Shown: positions 9,668 to 20,067 of the stretch, piece by piece | How positions within the stretch are numbered: position 1 is the stretch's first letter | Layout of the letters: every line of letters starts with the position of its first letter | Origin: Methanotrichaceae archaeon | GTDB taxonomy: Archaea > Halobacteriota > Methanosarcinia > Methanotrichales > Methanotrichaceae | Reading direction: 5' to 3' | Assembly: GCA_963803145.1 (NCBI GenBank) | Contig: CAWDLW010000015.1 | Span: 128,001-192,000 of the forward strand | Length of the DNA stretch: 64,000 bases | Program-made: the position numbers and the translations under genes | The notes under the pieces: generated by a model | Seen by the model: the letters and a program-made list of their open reading frames with translations, nothing else | Database searches by the model: none | What the model was told of the DNA's origin: nothing

Positions 9668-11350
9668 ATGTTTCTCGATTTCATGGGCGAGGTAGAGCTA
9701 TTGCTAACAACGGCTCTCGAACGCTGTGGGCTCAAGGTGGAGCCAGGCGTGAATAGCCTGGCGCTCGCAAGCAGTCCTCATGCAGATTTGGCATCTTCTG
9801 TATCTTTCAGGCTCGCGCCTGTGCTAAAGAAGAAGCCAGCCTCGATAGCTGAAGAGATTTACGAGGCAATTCCTGAAGAGCACAAATACGTTGATAGAGT
9901 CGAGCTAGTCGGCCCATATCTCAACTTCTTTATGAGCCGGCATTTTCTGAACGCCGTTTTAGATCAGGCGGTTGACGATGATTGCTGGAACGGCAACATG
10001 AGCCAGAAGGTCATAGTTGAGCATACATCAGCCAATCCAGATGGGCCGCTACATGTGGGCCACATCAGGAACTCAGTCATAGGCGATACTCTTGTGCGGA
10101 TACTGCGCAGGGCCGGCTGTGATGTAGATGCCCAGTACTACATAAACGATATGGGCAGACAGGAGGCGATGGTTGTCGTTGGGTGCAATCACTTCCAGCT
10201 CGACGGCTCGAAGCCGGATCATGCCATAGCCAAGGTCTACATTGCTGCCAACAAAGAGATGGAGTCAAATCCGAACATCAGAAAAGAGGCTGATGTAGTT
10301 ATAGAGATGTATGAGGCGGGCGATCCCGAAACCGAGAATAAGGTAAAGAGAGCAGTCGAATATGCCCTCAAGGGAATCGAGGAGACGCTTCATCGGATGA
10401 ACATCCGCCATGACAGCTATCACTGGGAATCGGAGTTCATCAGAAATGGAGATGTGGCTGAGATCATAAAGAATCTTGAAAAAACAGGCTTGACCGAATG
10501 GGACGAGGGGGCATTTCAGCTCGACCTGAGCGCTTACGGCTTTGAGAAGAAGATGGTCCTGAAGAGGGCTGATGGAACATCCCTTTACATTACGCGCGAC
10601 CTGGCCTACCACCGCTGGAAGGCTCTCAATTCAGACCGCGCTGTAGATATCCTAGGATCGGATCATAAGCTCATATCATCACAGCTCCGAACAGCACTTC
10701 GACTTTTGGGAATAAGGGAGCCTGAAATTGTCATATTCGAGTTTGTATCGCTTCCAACAGGCTCTATGTCCACACGCAAGGGCAAGTTCATCTCTGCGGA
10801 TGAGCTTTTGGACGAAGTTGAGAAGCAGGCGCTCATAGAGGTTACAAAACGCAGGCCGGAGGAAAGTGAGGAGTTCCGCCGTGAGGTCGCGAAGCAGGTG
10901 GCAGTTGGCGCAGTCAGATATGATGTGGTCAGAGTCTCCGCTGATAAAGCAACAATGTTCGATTGGAAGCAGGCGCTTGACTTCGAGAAGCTCTCTGCGC
11001 CTTTCATTCAATATTCTCATGCCCGCGCTTGCAGCATATTGCGCAAGGCTGGGGACATCGTGAAATACAACCCAGAGATTCTTACCGATGAGAATGAGAT
11101 AGCGCTGATAAAGAAGATCTCCGAGTTCGATATTGTGATAGATACATCAGCGAAGGAGCTGAAACCCAATCATCTGGCGACATACGCCCGCGAGCTTGCA
11201 GAAATCTTTAACCTCTTCTATAGGTTCAGCCCAGTTATCGATGCTCCTGATGATTTGAAGGCATCGAGGCTTGCGCTTGTCAGGGCTGCTAGGAATGCCC
11301 TGAAGGCTACGCTGGAGACGCTCGGAATACCTGCGTTAGAAACTATGTGA
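9668..11350 (+). CDS. argS: Arginine--tRNA ligase
   Basis: VEHTSANPDGPLHVGHIRN (HIGH), MSTRKG (KMSKS-like), YSHARACSIL. Confidence 0.97.
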   Translation: MFLDFMGEVELLLTTALERCGLKVEPGVNSLALASSPHADLASSVSFRLAPVLKKKPASIAEEIYEAIPEEHKYVDRVELVGPYLNFFMSRHFLNAVLDQAVDDDCWNGNMSQKVIVEHTSANPDGPLHVGHIRNSVIGDTLVRILRRAGCDVDAQYYINDMGRQEAMVVVGCNHFQLDGSKPDHAIAKVYIAANKEMESNPNIRKEADVVIEMYEAGDPETENKVKRAVEYALKGIEETLHRMNIRHDSYHWESEFIRNGDVAEIIKNLEKTGLTEWDEGAFQLDLSAYGFEKKMVLKRADGTSLYITRDLAYHRWKALNSDRAVDILGSDHKLISSQLRTALRLLGIREPEIVIFEFVSLPTGSMSTRKGKFISADELLDEVEKQALIEVTKRRPEESEEFRREVAKQVAVGAVRYDVVRVSADKATMFDWKQALDFEKLSAPFIQYSHARACSILRKAGDIVKYNPEILTDENEIALIKKISEFDIVIDTSAKELKPNHLATYARELAEIFNLFYRFSPVIDAPDDLKASRLALVRAARNALKATLETLGIPALETM

Positions 11351-11694
11351 ATCCGGCATTGAAGCTGGATATACTTTTAAATTTTTTGTCTTTGAAGGAT
11401 TGCTTTTAATTCCAGTGCCTCAGTTTTAAAGCGCCTCGTTCAAATTTTTACTTTATACCTGATTCCCCTCTTTGTGAACTAACTTTGAAAAGCATACGAT
11501 AAAATAACAATGGAAGTTTTGCCTAATTAACGAACCAATTGGCACTTAGTAAAATTGATTCAGGAGAGTGGTAATAGTAATATTAGCTGCAGTTCAGGCC
11601 ATCTTGATACCGAATACTACTTATATCATTAATTCTTTATGTTGATATTAGAAGGGAAAAAACAGGCGACTCACGCCGCAAGAATTCTGTTAAG

Positions 11695-12039
11695 GTGATG
11701 GCTGTGGACAAGATAGTTGGAGCTGATTACATATCGTTAAACGATATCAATAGACAGTTAAACCTGACTAAAAGCATAAGCGATAGCGATCCTCTGGCAA
11801 TTTGGGAGGAGGACGGCGAGAAGATAAGGCTACTAACAGATACAGTAAGATCGATGAAGCTCAATGGTCATCCCGGCGTCGAGCATGCTGAAAGAGAGCT
11901 TGAGGTTCTGAGGTGGAAAAGGTGCGATCTCGGAAGGCGGCTTTTGAGAAGCGTTCCAACAGGCGACGGACATACGATATGGTCTGAAAAGATCGAGGCA
12001 AGCAAGCACAAGGCTAAGGCACAGGCAGGGATTTATTAG
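11695..12039 (+). CDS. Hypothetical protein
   Basis: 114-aa ORF after an AT-rich promoter-like region; no family recognised. Confidence 0.5.
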   Translation: MMAVDKIVGADYISLNDINRQLNLTKSISDSDPLAIWEEDGEKIRLLTDTVRSMKLNGHPGVEHAERELEVLRWKRCDLGRRLLRSVPTGDGHTIWSEKIEASKHKAKAQAGIY

Positions 12040-12056
12040 CCTGTGGCATGATTCGA

Positions 12057-12938
12057 TCAAAGCCCATATAGCTCTTTTCTTCTGGCCTCAAGCATATTCG
12101 TCTCGCGTCCAGCATACTCTGCAGCATTCAGAACTTCTTTATCGTTCTCTAATGCATATTTGTAAACGCTAGCAAGCCGTTCCCTGTATTTTAGATCCCT
12201 GAGGAGATGATGATCGGCGATTATTGATCTCACAGAGGTGTTTTTTATCATATTATTGATATTATCTATTGCTGATTTCAGGCTCTCATGGGAGTATCTA
12301 TAGCCAAGCATATAGGTCATGGGCCCATCCAGTATCAGCAGATCTGGATTTTCCTGAATTACGAAGGCTGCCTGGTCAACGATAGAAAGACCTTCGACAT
12401 CACTGGTATGGACAATCTTTTCGCCGCCGCATGATATCGAGGTCTCAACCACATACCCGAGCTTCGAGCCTGTGCCATGGTACACTGCCGGTGAGAACTT
12501 GATCGTAGTAGAGCCGTGATGGAACTCGTTCCCATCAGCTACCTCTCGTTTTCCAGGCAGACTCTCGAGCTTTCCTAGAAAATAGGATGCTCTTCCTGAT
12601 TGGCTCCGGTTTATATTTCTCAACGGATCTTTGAGATAAACGATCTTATCTTTGTAGATGTTGGGCTCGTCTGGATTATGATGATCATAATGGTAGTGGG
12701 TCACTATCAAAACATCACTAATGGCCGCATGTTTTAACACATCATCCCATGTCTCATGCATTCGCTTAATCTCAAGAGGATGTGGTGGCAGGCCATATCT
12801 CTTCGGCCCAAGTGCAACTGCAGGATCTATCAAAATCCTCAGATCATCAGTTTCTACATATGTGGCCATCGACCGAACGCCGAGGCTATCGAACGCTAGG
12901 GGAATTACCCTCAGACTTTGAAGCTCCCTCCTCATCAT
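12057..12938 (-). CDS. MBL-fold metallo-hydrolase (UPF0282-like)
   Basis: DSLGVRSMAT, IDPAVALGPKRYGLPP, THYHYDH, DHHLLRD. Confidence 0.88.
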   Translation of the reverse strand: MMRRELQSLRVIPLAFDSLGVRSMATYVETDDLRILIDPAVALGPKRYGLPPHPLEIKRMHETWDDVLKHAAISDVLIVTHYHYDHHNPDEPNIYKDKIVYLKDPLRNINRSQSGRASYFLGKLESLPGKREVADGNEFHHGSTTIKFSPAVYHGTGSKLGYVVETSISCGGEKIVHTSDVEGLSIVDQAAFVIQENPDLLILDGPMTYMLGYRYSHESLKSAIDNINNMIKNTSVRSIIADHHLLRDLKYRERLASVYKYALENDKEVLNAAEYAGRETNMLEARRKELYGL

Positions 12939-13029
12939 AAGGTTGTGCTATCGCTTCTGAGAGTTATATTTTTGGGGTAAGTTGATTATAAAATCAGCCG
13001 GCCATAATGTTTAAGTTTACTACGCCGTA

Positions 13030-13455
13030 ATGCGACCAATTGCTATGGGTTACCTTGAGGAGATTAGAAACCGCGGGAGAGCGGCCAATCCATTTTTAGT
13101 TCTCATGGGCATCGATGTGGAATCCTTTGGTGACGGCAAAGCCACGCTATCTATGAGTGTGCGTCAGGATATGCTAAACGGAGTTGGCTGGCTGCAAGGC
13201 GGCCTTTATGTTGCTTTGTGTGATGAAGCTATGGCACTTGCCCTTTACTCAGTCCTGGAAGAAGGAGAGCTGATTGCTACAATATCCGAGAATACATCAT
13301 ATCTGCAGGGCGTTCGAAGTGGATTGGTCTATGCAGAGGCGCAGGTCATCAAGAAGGGACGACATGTGGCATTTATGCAAGGTTATGTAAAGAGCGCTGA
13401 AGGTGTTCTCCTTTCCCAGACATGGGCATCGTTTACGGTCTTCAGGAGATCATGA
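13030..13455 (+). CDS. PaaI-family thioesterase (hotdog fold)
   Basis: MLNGVGWLQGG..ALCDEAM, VIKKGRHVAF. Confidence 0.85.
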   Translation: MRPIAMGYLEEIRNRGRAANPFLVLMGIDVESFGDGKATLSMSVRQDMLNGVGWLQGGLYVALCDEAMALALYSVLEEGELIATISENTSYLQGVRSGLVYAEAQVIKKGRHVAFMQGYVKSAEGVLLSQTWASFTVFRRS

Positions 13456-13620
13456 TCACCTTTATTATATGAAGAGGTAAAAGTTGCCATACCCGTATCA
13501 ATCAGCCTGATGGCATACCTTTCCAGAAAAGTCCTTGTTCCATTTTAGTATCGAACTTTTGTATCTTGCTATAAGAGCTAGCAAAGCAACAAAAACGTTT
13601 GGCGGAAGCTAAAACCGCCT

Positions 13621-13827
13621 TTACCCTGCGGGCCTAAAGCCGGTCATGCCTTTATCGCCTAGTTGCAGCTTGCGAACCATCTCAGACGCAGCTCGGGCAT
13701 CGTTCGCTTCTGCCAAAATAAGCGCTTTGTTTAACTGAGTTCTCTTACCACAGGGGCATGTTCTTGTTTTCGAGCCTGCGGGCGCATAAAGGTGGCGTCC
13801 GCAGCTACATCTGAATACCAAATACAA
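13621..13827 (-). CDS. Small zinc-ribbon protein (DUF1922-like)
   Basis: FRCSCGRHLY..KTRTCPCGK; directly downstream of rps8e. Confidence 0.75.
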   Translation of the reverse strand: MYLVFRCSCGRHLYAPAGSKTRTCPCGKRTQLNKALILAEANDARAASEMVRKLQLGDKGMTGFRPAG

Positions 13828-13833
13828 AAGAGA

Positions 13834-14217
13834 TCACTGGGGCGGTAGCAGGACAGCGTTTATAACCCCATCCTGGCCAGGCCTGTTTGTGACCGTTGCG
13901 TCGCCAAGCTCAGTCTTGATGACTGCACCCTTGGTGATTATGTTTCTTCTCATGTAGTGGAGATTGGCTTTATTGTCCTTGACGGTCTCTATCTTGACCG
14001 GCGTGGATTTTCCAGTCTTTGGATCTGTAACAGTTGCGATATTACCCCGGAGTATTTTCATCTTTTGATTTCCTCCATAGGTCTCGACTGCCTTAGTCCT
14101 GACATCTCCAATGGTCGTATCGCTCGCCTCACGGCCGATCTCGAACTTCTTCTTGCCACGGGCCAGGATCAACCTTCCGCCTGTGGACTTCCTTCCTGAT
14201 TCTCCTTGCCAACGCAT
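13834..14217 (-). CDS. rps8e: 30S ribosomal protein S8e
   Basis: [40 protein letters not shown]. Confidence 0.97.
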   Translation of the reverse strand: MRWQGESGRKSTGGRLILARGKKKFEIGREASDTTIGDVRTKAVETYGGNQKMKILRGNIATVTDPKTGKSTPVKIETVKDNKANLHYMRRNIITKGAVIKTELGDATVTNRPGQDGVINAVLLPPQ

Positions 14218-14305
14218 AATAAATTCCTCAGACCGGGTTCATTCTTTTGGGCACGGTATTTAACCATTTTGGTTACGGTAGACGCGAAGTACCAGGCTGC
14301 CTCTG

Positions 14306-15850
14306 TTAGCTTAGGCGTTTGATCATGTAAGGCCCCAACAGATCATAGCCAGTCCTTTTGTAGTACCCCCGAGCCCCTATGCCGCTTGTTATCTCTATGG
14401 AGCGATACCCATTCTCTCTGGCGATGCTCTCTGCCATCTGGACTAACCTGGAGCCATATCCTTTATGCTGCCAGCCATCCTTTCTGGTCCCTATAGGTAC
14501 AAGAGGACCGTAGATATGCAACTCCCGAACTCGAGCTATAGCTCCGAGCCTTAGTCGCAGGAAGCCCACAAGCGACTCATCATCTCCCTCGAAGGATAGG
14601 AAATATTCTTTGGCTCCACACGCCTCATAGGATTCCTGTTTCAGCTCAATACGTTCAATATCGTCCCCAGATATCCCGCGAAGCCCAGCTTCACGGCAGC
14701 GGATGCAATTACATCTTTGCCCACGCGTCCGTAGCCTCTGACCTGCAAGCTGACGCAGATTCGATTTTTTCACGCCCGCCACTATTAGGTGGGCGGGGAT
14801 ATCCCTCTGCACCCTCTGCAAGCGAACATACCTGGGCAGAAGCGCCTTCACACGGGAGACTAGCTCTGTGGCATCTTCATCTCCAAGAGGCTGGTACTCA
14901 CTCCGTAGGTACATCTCATAGAGTTCAGTCCCCTCTACCACGAGCGTAGGATAGATCTTGAGGTAATCAGGCCTGAACCGCGGATCCTGGAAAAGCTCCT
15001 TAAAAACATCTAGATCCATTTCTGGACTCGAACCCGGCAGCCCGGGCATCATGTGAAATCCTACTTTTAGACCGGCTTCACGTAAGGATTCATTTGCCTT
15101 AACAGTATCCTCTACCAAGTGACCTCTCTTCATGGCCATTAATAGGTCATCTCTAATGCTCTGAACGCCAAGCTCAACCTTTGTTGCTCCGAGGCTCAGC
15201 ATCCTTGCTATCTGCTCAGGCTTACACCAATCAGGTCTTGTCTCGAAGGTTGTTCCTATATTCCTCACAGATGCGCGCTCATTTTCATTAGCAACATCCC
15301 CAAATGACCGCCATCCGACAGTCTGCTTCATGGGATAATCATTCATAGCCATAAGGCAGCGCTTAACAAACCATTGCTGATAACCCAATGGCCTGGATGT
15401 AATTGTACCTCCCATAATAATAAGCTCAGCCTTATCCAATGGATGACCTATCTCATTTAGCTGGCCAAGCCGAGCCATAACCTGATCGTAAGGATCGAAG
15501 TTGTGCTGTGCAGCTCTCATAGCTGCAGGCTCTCTGCCTGTATAGCTCTGTGGAGAAGAGCTGCAGATGCCTCCAGGGCAGGGAATACATATCCCATGAG
15601 GGCAGCGCACAGGCGATGTCATCGCTGCTATCACAGCCACGCCTGATAATGTACGAGTCGGCTTTCGCACAAGCATCTTCAGCCTTTCGCGCTCCTCAGG
15701 CAGGGCAGAGCCAAGGATATCGGCATTGCTTGGCAGAGATGAGAGACCTAAGCTAGATGCGGCCGACTTTTTCATTGCCTCAAGCTCTGCCTCGCCCTTT
15801 ATCTCACCAGATAGAAGGGCATCGACAATATTTCGCAAGCCCGCCTTCAT
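14306..15850 (-). CDS. elp3: Archaeal Elp3 tRNA wobble-uridine modification enzyme (radical SAM + GNAT)
   Basis: RKPTRTLSGVAVIA, CPHGICIPCPGG, ETRPD, VRELHIYG, WQHKGYG; ATG at 15850 overlaps the upstream TGA. Confidence 0.95.
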   Translation of the reverse strand: MKAGLRNIVDALLSGEIKGEAELEAMKKSAASSLGLSSLPSNADILGSALPEERERLKMLVRKPTRTLSGVAVIAAMTSPVRCPHGICIPCPGGICSSSPQSYTGREPAAMRAAQHNFDPYDQVMARLGQLNEIGHPLDKAELIIMGGTITSRPLGYQQWFVKRCLMAMNDYPMKQTVGWRSFGDVANENERASVRNIGTTFETRPDWCKPEQIARMLSLGATKVELGVQSIRDDLLMAMKRGHLVEDTVKANESLREAGLKVGFHMMPGLPGSSPEMDLDVFKELFQDPRFRPDYLKIYPTLVVEGTELYEMYLRSEYQPLGDEDATELVSRVKALLPRYVRLQRVQRDIPAHLIVAGVKKSNLRQLAGQRLRTRGQRCNCIRCREAGLRGISGDDIERIELKQESYEACGAKEYFLSFEGDDESLVGFLRLRLGAIARVRELHIYGPLVPIGTRKDGWQHKGYGSRLVQMAESIARENGYRSIEITSGIGARGYYKRTGYDLLGPYMIKRLS

Positions 15851-16362
15851 TCCATCCAAATTAGTACCTCTTCCATATTCCTCTTCGGCGAAGCTGTGGG
15901 CTCTTCAGCAGGCCACCCTACTGAGATCAAGGCAATTGGCAGCATATGCTCCTCAAGTCCAAGAATATCGCGCGCGAGATCATCATCAAATGCTCCATTC
16001 CAGCAGGCCCCTAGACCCAGATCGTAAGCAGCAAGAAGGAGACACATAGCAGCTGCTGTCGCATCCTGGATTGCAAAAAGGTTTCCGCGATCGCCGTAGC
16101 GCTGCTTAGATCTATCAACATCTGCACATACTACTATTATCAAAGGAGCACTATCAATCTGTCTTTGGCCGTAAGATGCCACCGCCAGAGCTTTACGGGT
16201 CTCAGACCTCGTTACTGCTATATATTTTCTGGCACGGAGATTGCCTGCCGAGGGCGCATTCTCCGCGGCATCGATAAGCTTTAGCAAAATATCATTGGGC
16301 ACCGGCTCGGCTTTGTATCTCCTTACAGACCTTCGTCCTTTAAGGACATCATTTAGATCCAT
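15847..16362 (-). CDS. Nitroreductase family protein
   Basis: RRSVRRY, APSAGN, LAAYDLGLGACW, ISVGWP. Confidence 0.9.
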   Translation of the reverse strand: MDLNDVLKGRRSVRRYKAEPVPNDILLKLIDAAENAPSAGNLRARKYIAVTRSETRKALAVASYGQRQIDSAPLIIVVCADVDRSKQRYGDRGNLFAIQDATAAAMCLLLAAYDLGLGACWNGAFDDDLARDILGLEEHMLPIALISVGWPAEEPTASPKRNMEEVLIWME

Positions 16363-16446
16363 ATATTTAGAATTGAAGCTTATTAGATAAGAAGCCGCTT
16401 GGATGAAGACCTGGAATACACGGGCTTCAACTGTCTCAACTATATC

Positions 16447-17379
16447 CTAACTATATTCTCCTCTGAAAACAGGCTCTTGCCTTCCTAGCTGCCTCAAAGC
16501 GAAGCCATCTTCATCCATAACTAGATACGTATCCGTATTCCCCGACGAACCATTTCCATTATGCATGAAGCTTCCTGTGTTCACAATAACAAGCCCGCTC
16601 CTTCGACAGATTCCAGGCATATGTGTGTCTCCATATATGAAGCAATCCACGCTCCCAAGCTGACGCTCCCTTATGAATCTGGTTATGGCATCGTACTGTG
16701 CCTCTGTAGGTATGGGTCTCCTGAAAATACCTGTCTTGAACCTGTTGAATGCACTTGAGGCACTCCAGATCCTTTCCTCAAGATTCGCTATCTCGCCTAT
16801 GTAGCTTGAACGATAGATGCCCTCATAGGCGCAGGTTATCATCGTCTCCATATCTGCAGGGGAGATCTCTTTGCCTGAGAGCCGCCTTAGCTTTTCCAAG
16901 CGAAGATATAGTGTTCCCATGACGTTAAGATGATGGCCATGTGTAAATAGGACCCTTCGGCCGAATATGCTAGCTGTGTATACCGGATAGAACGTGCTTA
17001 TCCTGAGGCCGTTTATGACCTGTCTCCATCTCATGCTGGGGGTATATACGGGATAGGCATCTCCTCTGGCAATCCTTTCGAGGAATTCGCTCTCTTGGTT
17101 CATGACTGCCATGTGATGATCATGATTTCCGACAATGTAGCTTATCTGTGCATCAAGATCAGATAGCCTTTTGAAAAAGTATGCTGAATCGCGAATGGCC
17201 CTCTCAGGGGTCGACTTCCAGAAGTCAAAGATATCTCCAAGAAGAATGACCTGGTCACAGCCCCGTCCATACCTCCACATATCTGATAAAAGGCGATCAA
17301 CCATCTTCGGGTTGGCTAATGTGGCCGAATCCAAGCCGAAGTGCGTATCAGATATGACAAAAGTCGAAGCCATAACCAT
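16447..17379 (-). CDS. Calcineurin-like metallophosphoesterase
   Basis: ISDTHFG, LGDIFD, GNHDH, THGH, YGDTH, NTGSF. Confidence 0.85.
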   Translation of the reverse strand: MVMASTFVISDTHFGLDSATLANPKMVDRLLSDMWRYGRGCDQVILLGDIFDFWKSTPERAIRDSAYFFKRLSDLDAQISYIVGNHDHHMAVMNQESEFLERIARGDAYPVYTPSMRWRQVINGLRISTFYPVYTASIFGRRVLFTHGHHLNVMGTLYLRLEKLRRLSGKEISPADMETMITCAYEGIYRSSYIGEIANLEERIWSASSAFNRFKTGIFRRPIPTEAQYDAITRFIRERQLGSVDCFIYGDTHMPGICRRSGLVIVNTGSFMHNGNGSSGNTDTYLVMDEDGFALRQLGRQEPVFRGEYS

Positions 17380-17518
17380 CCCCCTTCATTCCCAAAACTG
17401 CTATAACTGTTATTATTTATAAATATTATGAGCCATCAGGGACTAAAGCGCAATGTTTCAAGCAAGACAAAACGAGCAAAAGACAAAAATATCTGCGCTA
17501 GGAAGTTTTCAGCCATCA

Positions 17519-18391
17519 ATGATAGATATCGCAATTCCCAAGGGCAGCCTGCTGAACCAGACGTTACAGCTCTTTGAACAGGCGGGCCTCGAGATCAAGA
17601 GGACGGAACGTGAGTACAACGCGAGGATTGCAGATCCACGCATAGGCAAGGTCAAGATCCTCAGGCCTCAGGAGATCCCTGCTTACGTCTCAAAGGGCTA
17701 CTTCGATCTGGGCATCTCAGGAACTGATTGGATAATGGAATCACGGGCGGACGTTGCAACGGTCACTGAACTTAACTACGGCAAACAGGGTCCTGGCAGG
17801 GTTAAGGTAGCAGTGGCGGTTCCTGACAGCCAGGATATCAAAAGTGCACGTGACATAAAGCCAGGAAGTAGAGTCGCTACCGAATATCCAAACTTAACAA
17901 AGTCGTTCTTCGATGGTCTGAACATACCAGTCGATATCCAATTCTCCTACGGCGCAACAGAGGCCAAGGTCCCCGAGCTTACGGATGTTGTAGTGGACCT
18001 TACCGAGACCGGCTCAACTCTGAGGAAGAACGGCCTGAAGATCGTAGATGTGATACTTGAATCCACATCTGAGCTGATAGCTAACAGGAAAAGTTGGTCG
18101 GATCAGGAGAAGCACGAGGACATAATGGCAATAGAGACGCTTCTATCTGCTGTGATCCGTGCACGCGGCAAGGTATTGCTGGATATGAACGTGCCGGAGG
18201 CCAATGTGAAGGACGTGATAGCTATTCTGCCGAGCATGAAGAATCCTACAGTATCCAAGCTGTACAACTCAGGCTTCTGCGCAGTTGAGAGCGTTGTCGA
18301 TAGATCCCAGGTCAATCTTCTCATACCCAAGCTTAAGAAGGCAGGTGCGACGGATATCTTGGAGCTGGCGATCTCCAAAATAGTCCCTTGA
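17519..18391 (+). CDS. hisG: ATP phosphoribosyltransferase (long form)
   Basis: IAIPKGSL, RPQEIP, VATEYPN, GATEAK, DLTETGSTL; C-terminal regulatory domain. Confidence 0.96.
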   Translation: MIDIAIPKGSLLNQTLQLFEQAGLEIKRTEREYNARIADPRIGKVKILRPQEIPAYVSKGYFDLGISGTDWIMESRADVATVTELNYGKQGPGRVKVAVAVPDSQDIKSARDIKPGSRVATEYPNLTKSFFDGLNIPVDIQFSYGATEAKVPELTDVVVDLTETGSTLRKNGLKIVDVILESTSELIANRKSWSDQEKHEDIMAIETLLSAVIRARGKVLLDMNVPEANVKDVIAILPSMKNPTVSKLYNSGFCAVESVVDRSQVNLLIPKLKKAGATDILELAISKIVP

Positions 18392-18743
18392 AACCACTTT
18401 GAGTTACATGGATATAGTTCTAATATAAACCGACGAATGTAGTGTGAATTTTGCAGTCGTAAGCCATGTCCTTTAGGATATAGAACAAAACGAGTGTAAT
18501 TTATTTTATCCTAATATTGCCACTGCTTGCAGTAAGGTATGCCGCTGCAGTTTTACTTATGCCTTCCTCCCAGTAGTCCACCTGCATTGTCACCTCTCGC
18601 ACCAGTGCATAGGCATCTCCCATCTGCCCAACGACAGTTAGGGTTCTTCTCGCATTCGCCTTTCTTTTTTTCTCTAAATTCCAGCTGAGGGACATTAATG
18701 CGATTCCTGGTTTTTTCTATCTGAAACTTTGCTTAAAGTAATT

Positions 18744-19724
18744 TTAGGCTCGATTCCCAGAATTCCAATCAGCATCAAAGGTTGAAGACAAGACCTGAAT
18801 AATCCTCGAATCATCGATCAGAATACCTAGTTCCCTATTTCTATCGAGCGATGTAGGCGAAAAATTTTCAGACCCGACGAATGCCTTTAAGCCATCTGCA
18901 ATTATGATCTTGGCATGAATATAAGGAGTCTTCACAAGATGCACCTCAACGCCGCCTTTTATTAACGCATCTCTGCCTGGTGCATTGGCATCTTTCTTTG
19001 AATTTGATGGCGACATGACAACCTTCACATCCACACCTTTTTTGGAAGCCATGATGAGATGATCCTCAACTTCATGATCCTGCATCTCTTCATTCTCTAT
19101 CTCAAGGCTCTTTTGCGCACCATCTATCAAGCCAATTATTCTATCACGGGAGTTTACTGGGCTCCATACCAGGTTTGGATCGGATAATTCTGGAGCGGTT
19201 CGATTCCAATCTGCCTCAAAGGCTGATGCTATTTCGACAGCATCGTTAGCATCGTAGTCAATTAAGCCGAACTCGCGATTTTTAGTGTAGGCAGTGTGGG
19301 CTTGATTGAGGGTCATGATAAGAGCAACTTTGCGGTCTATGACTATTGCCTTCTCATGAGTCAGGCTAAAAGCAGGGCTGCTTGCCTCGACCGATACGCC
19401 TGATGAATTAAGAGAATCCATAATTGCTTTAAAATCGTTTGGACTTCCATAGGCCCAATCTTCAAGCATAACCTTGACTTTTACACCTCTTGAACTCGCA
19501 CCCGTAAGCGCATTTATAATGTTTTTATCTGTGATGAGGTACATTTCTACGAGGATCGATGATTGAGCTGAGTTCAAGGCATCCAAAACAGGCTTATAGC
19601 CATCTGTTGGTTCAACGAAGACCTGATTTTGGGATGTTGGGGGCTGATAGACAACGTAGGCAATATATAACACCCAGATGATCAGCAGAAGAATAACTAT
19701 GAATGAAATCTGCCGTGCTTTCAT
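18744..19724 (-). CDS. Phospholipase D superfamily protein with N-terminal TM anchor
   Basis: Two HxKxxxxD motifs: HEKAIVID and HAKIIIAD..GSEN. Confidence 0.88.
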   Translation of the reverse strand: MKARQISFIVILLLIIWVLYIAYVVYQPPTSQNQVFVEPTDGYKPVLDALNSAQSSILVEMYLITDKNIINALTGASSRGVKVKVMLEDWAYGSPNDFKAIMDSLNSSGVSVEASSPAFSLTHEKAIVIDRKVALIMTLNQAHTAYTKNREFGLIDYDANDAVEIASAFEADWNRTAPELSDPNLVWSPVNSRDRIIGLIDGAQKSLEIENEEMQDHEVEDHLIMASKKGVDVKVVMSPSNSKKDANAPGRDALIKGGVEVHLVKTPYIHAKIIIADGLKAFVGSENFSPTSLDRNRELGILIDDSRIIQVLSSTFDADWNSGNRA

Positions 19725-20067
19725 AATTTTTCGCTCACCGACCAGGTGCTTTAAATTCGTAACCGAGATAAGGACTTATACCCCTAATATAAATACATTA
19801 CTATCCCGCTATTTTTGTTATCAGATGATCTATAAGAGATTTATCGATCCGCTCATTTCTATTACATTGCGAATTTCTTAAAATTGTTAAATGTGGTTCA
19901 TTCCTCATGGATCCTTATTTAATATTTGCCTCATATAGTACCCATTTTGTAAAAAATCTGGATCATTTCAATCCAAAATTCGAATATAACTTCCAATTAA
20001 AGTACAAATGCTCTGATCGAAATCCTCATAAGCAGGAATGTCATTACAGTATTAATGAATTAAGTAA

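Noticed and set aside
18501-18695. 64-aa minus-strand ORF
   Set aside because: No recognisable family or SD; possibly a remnant, but not supportable
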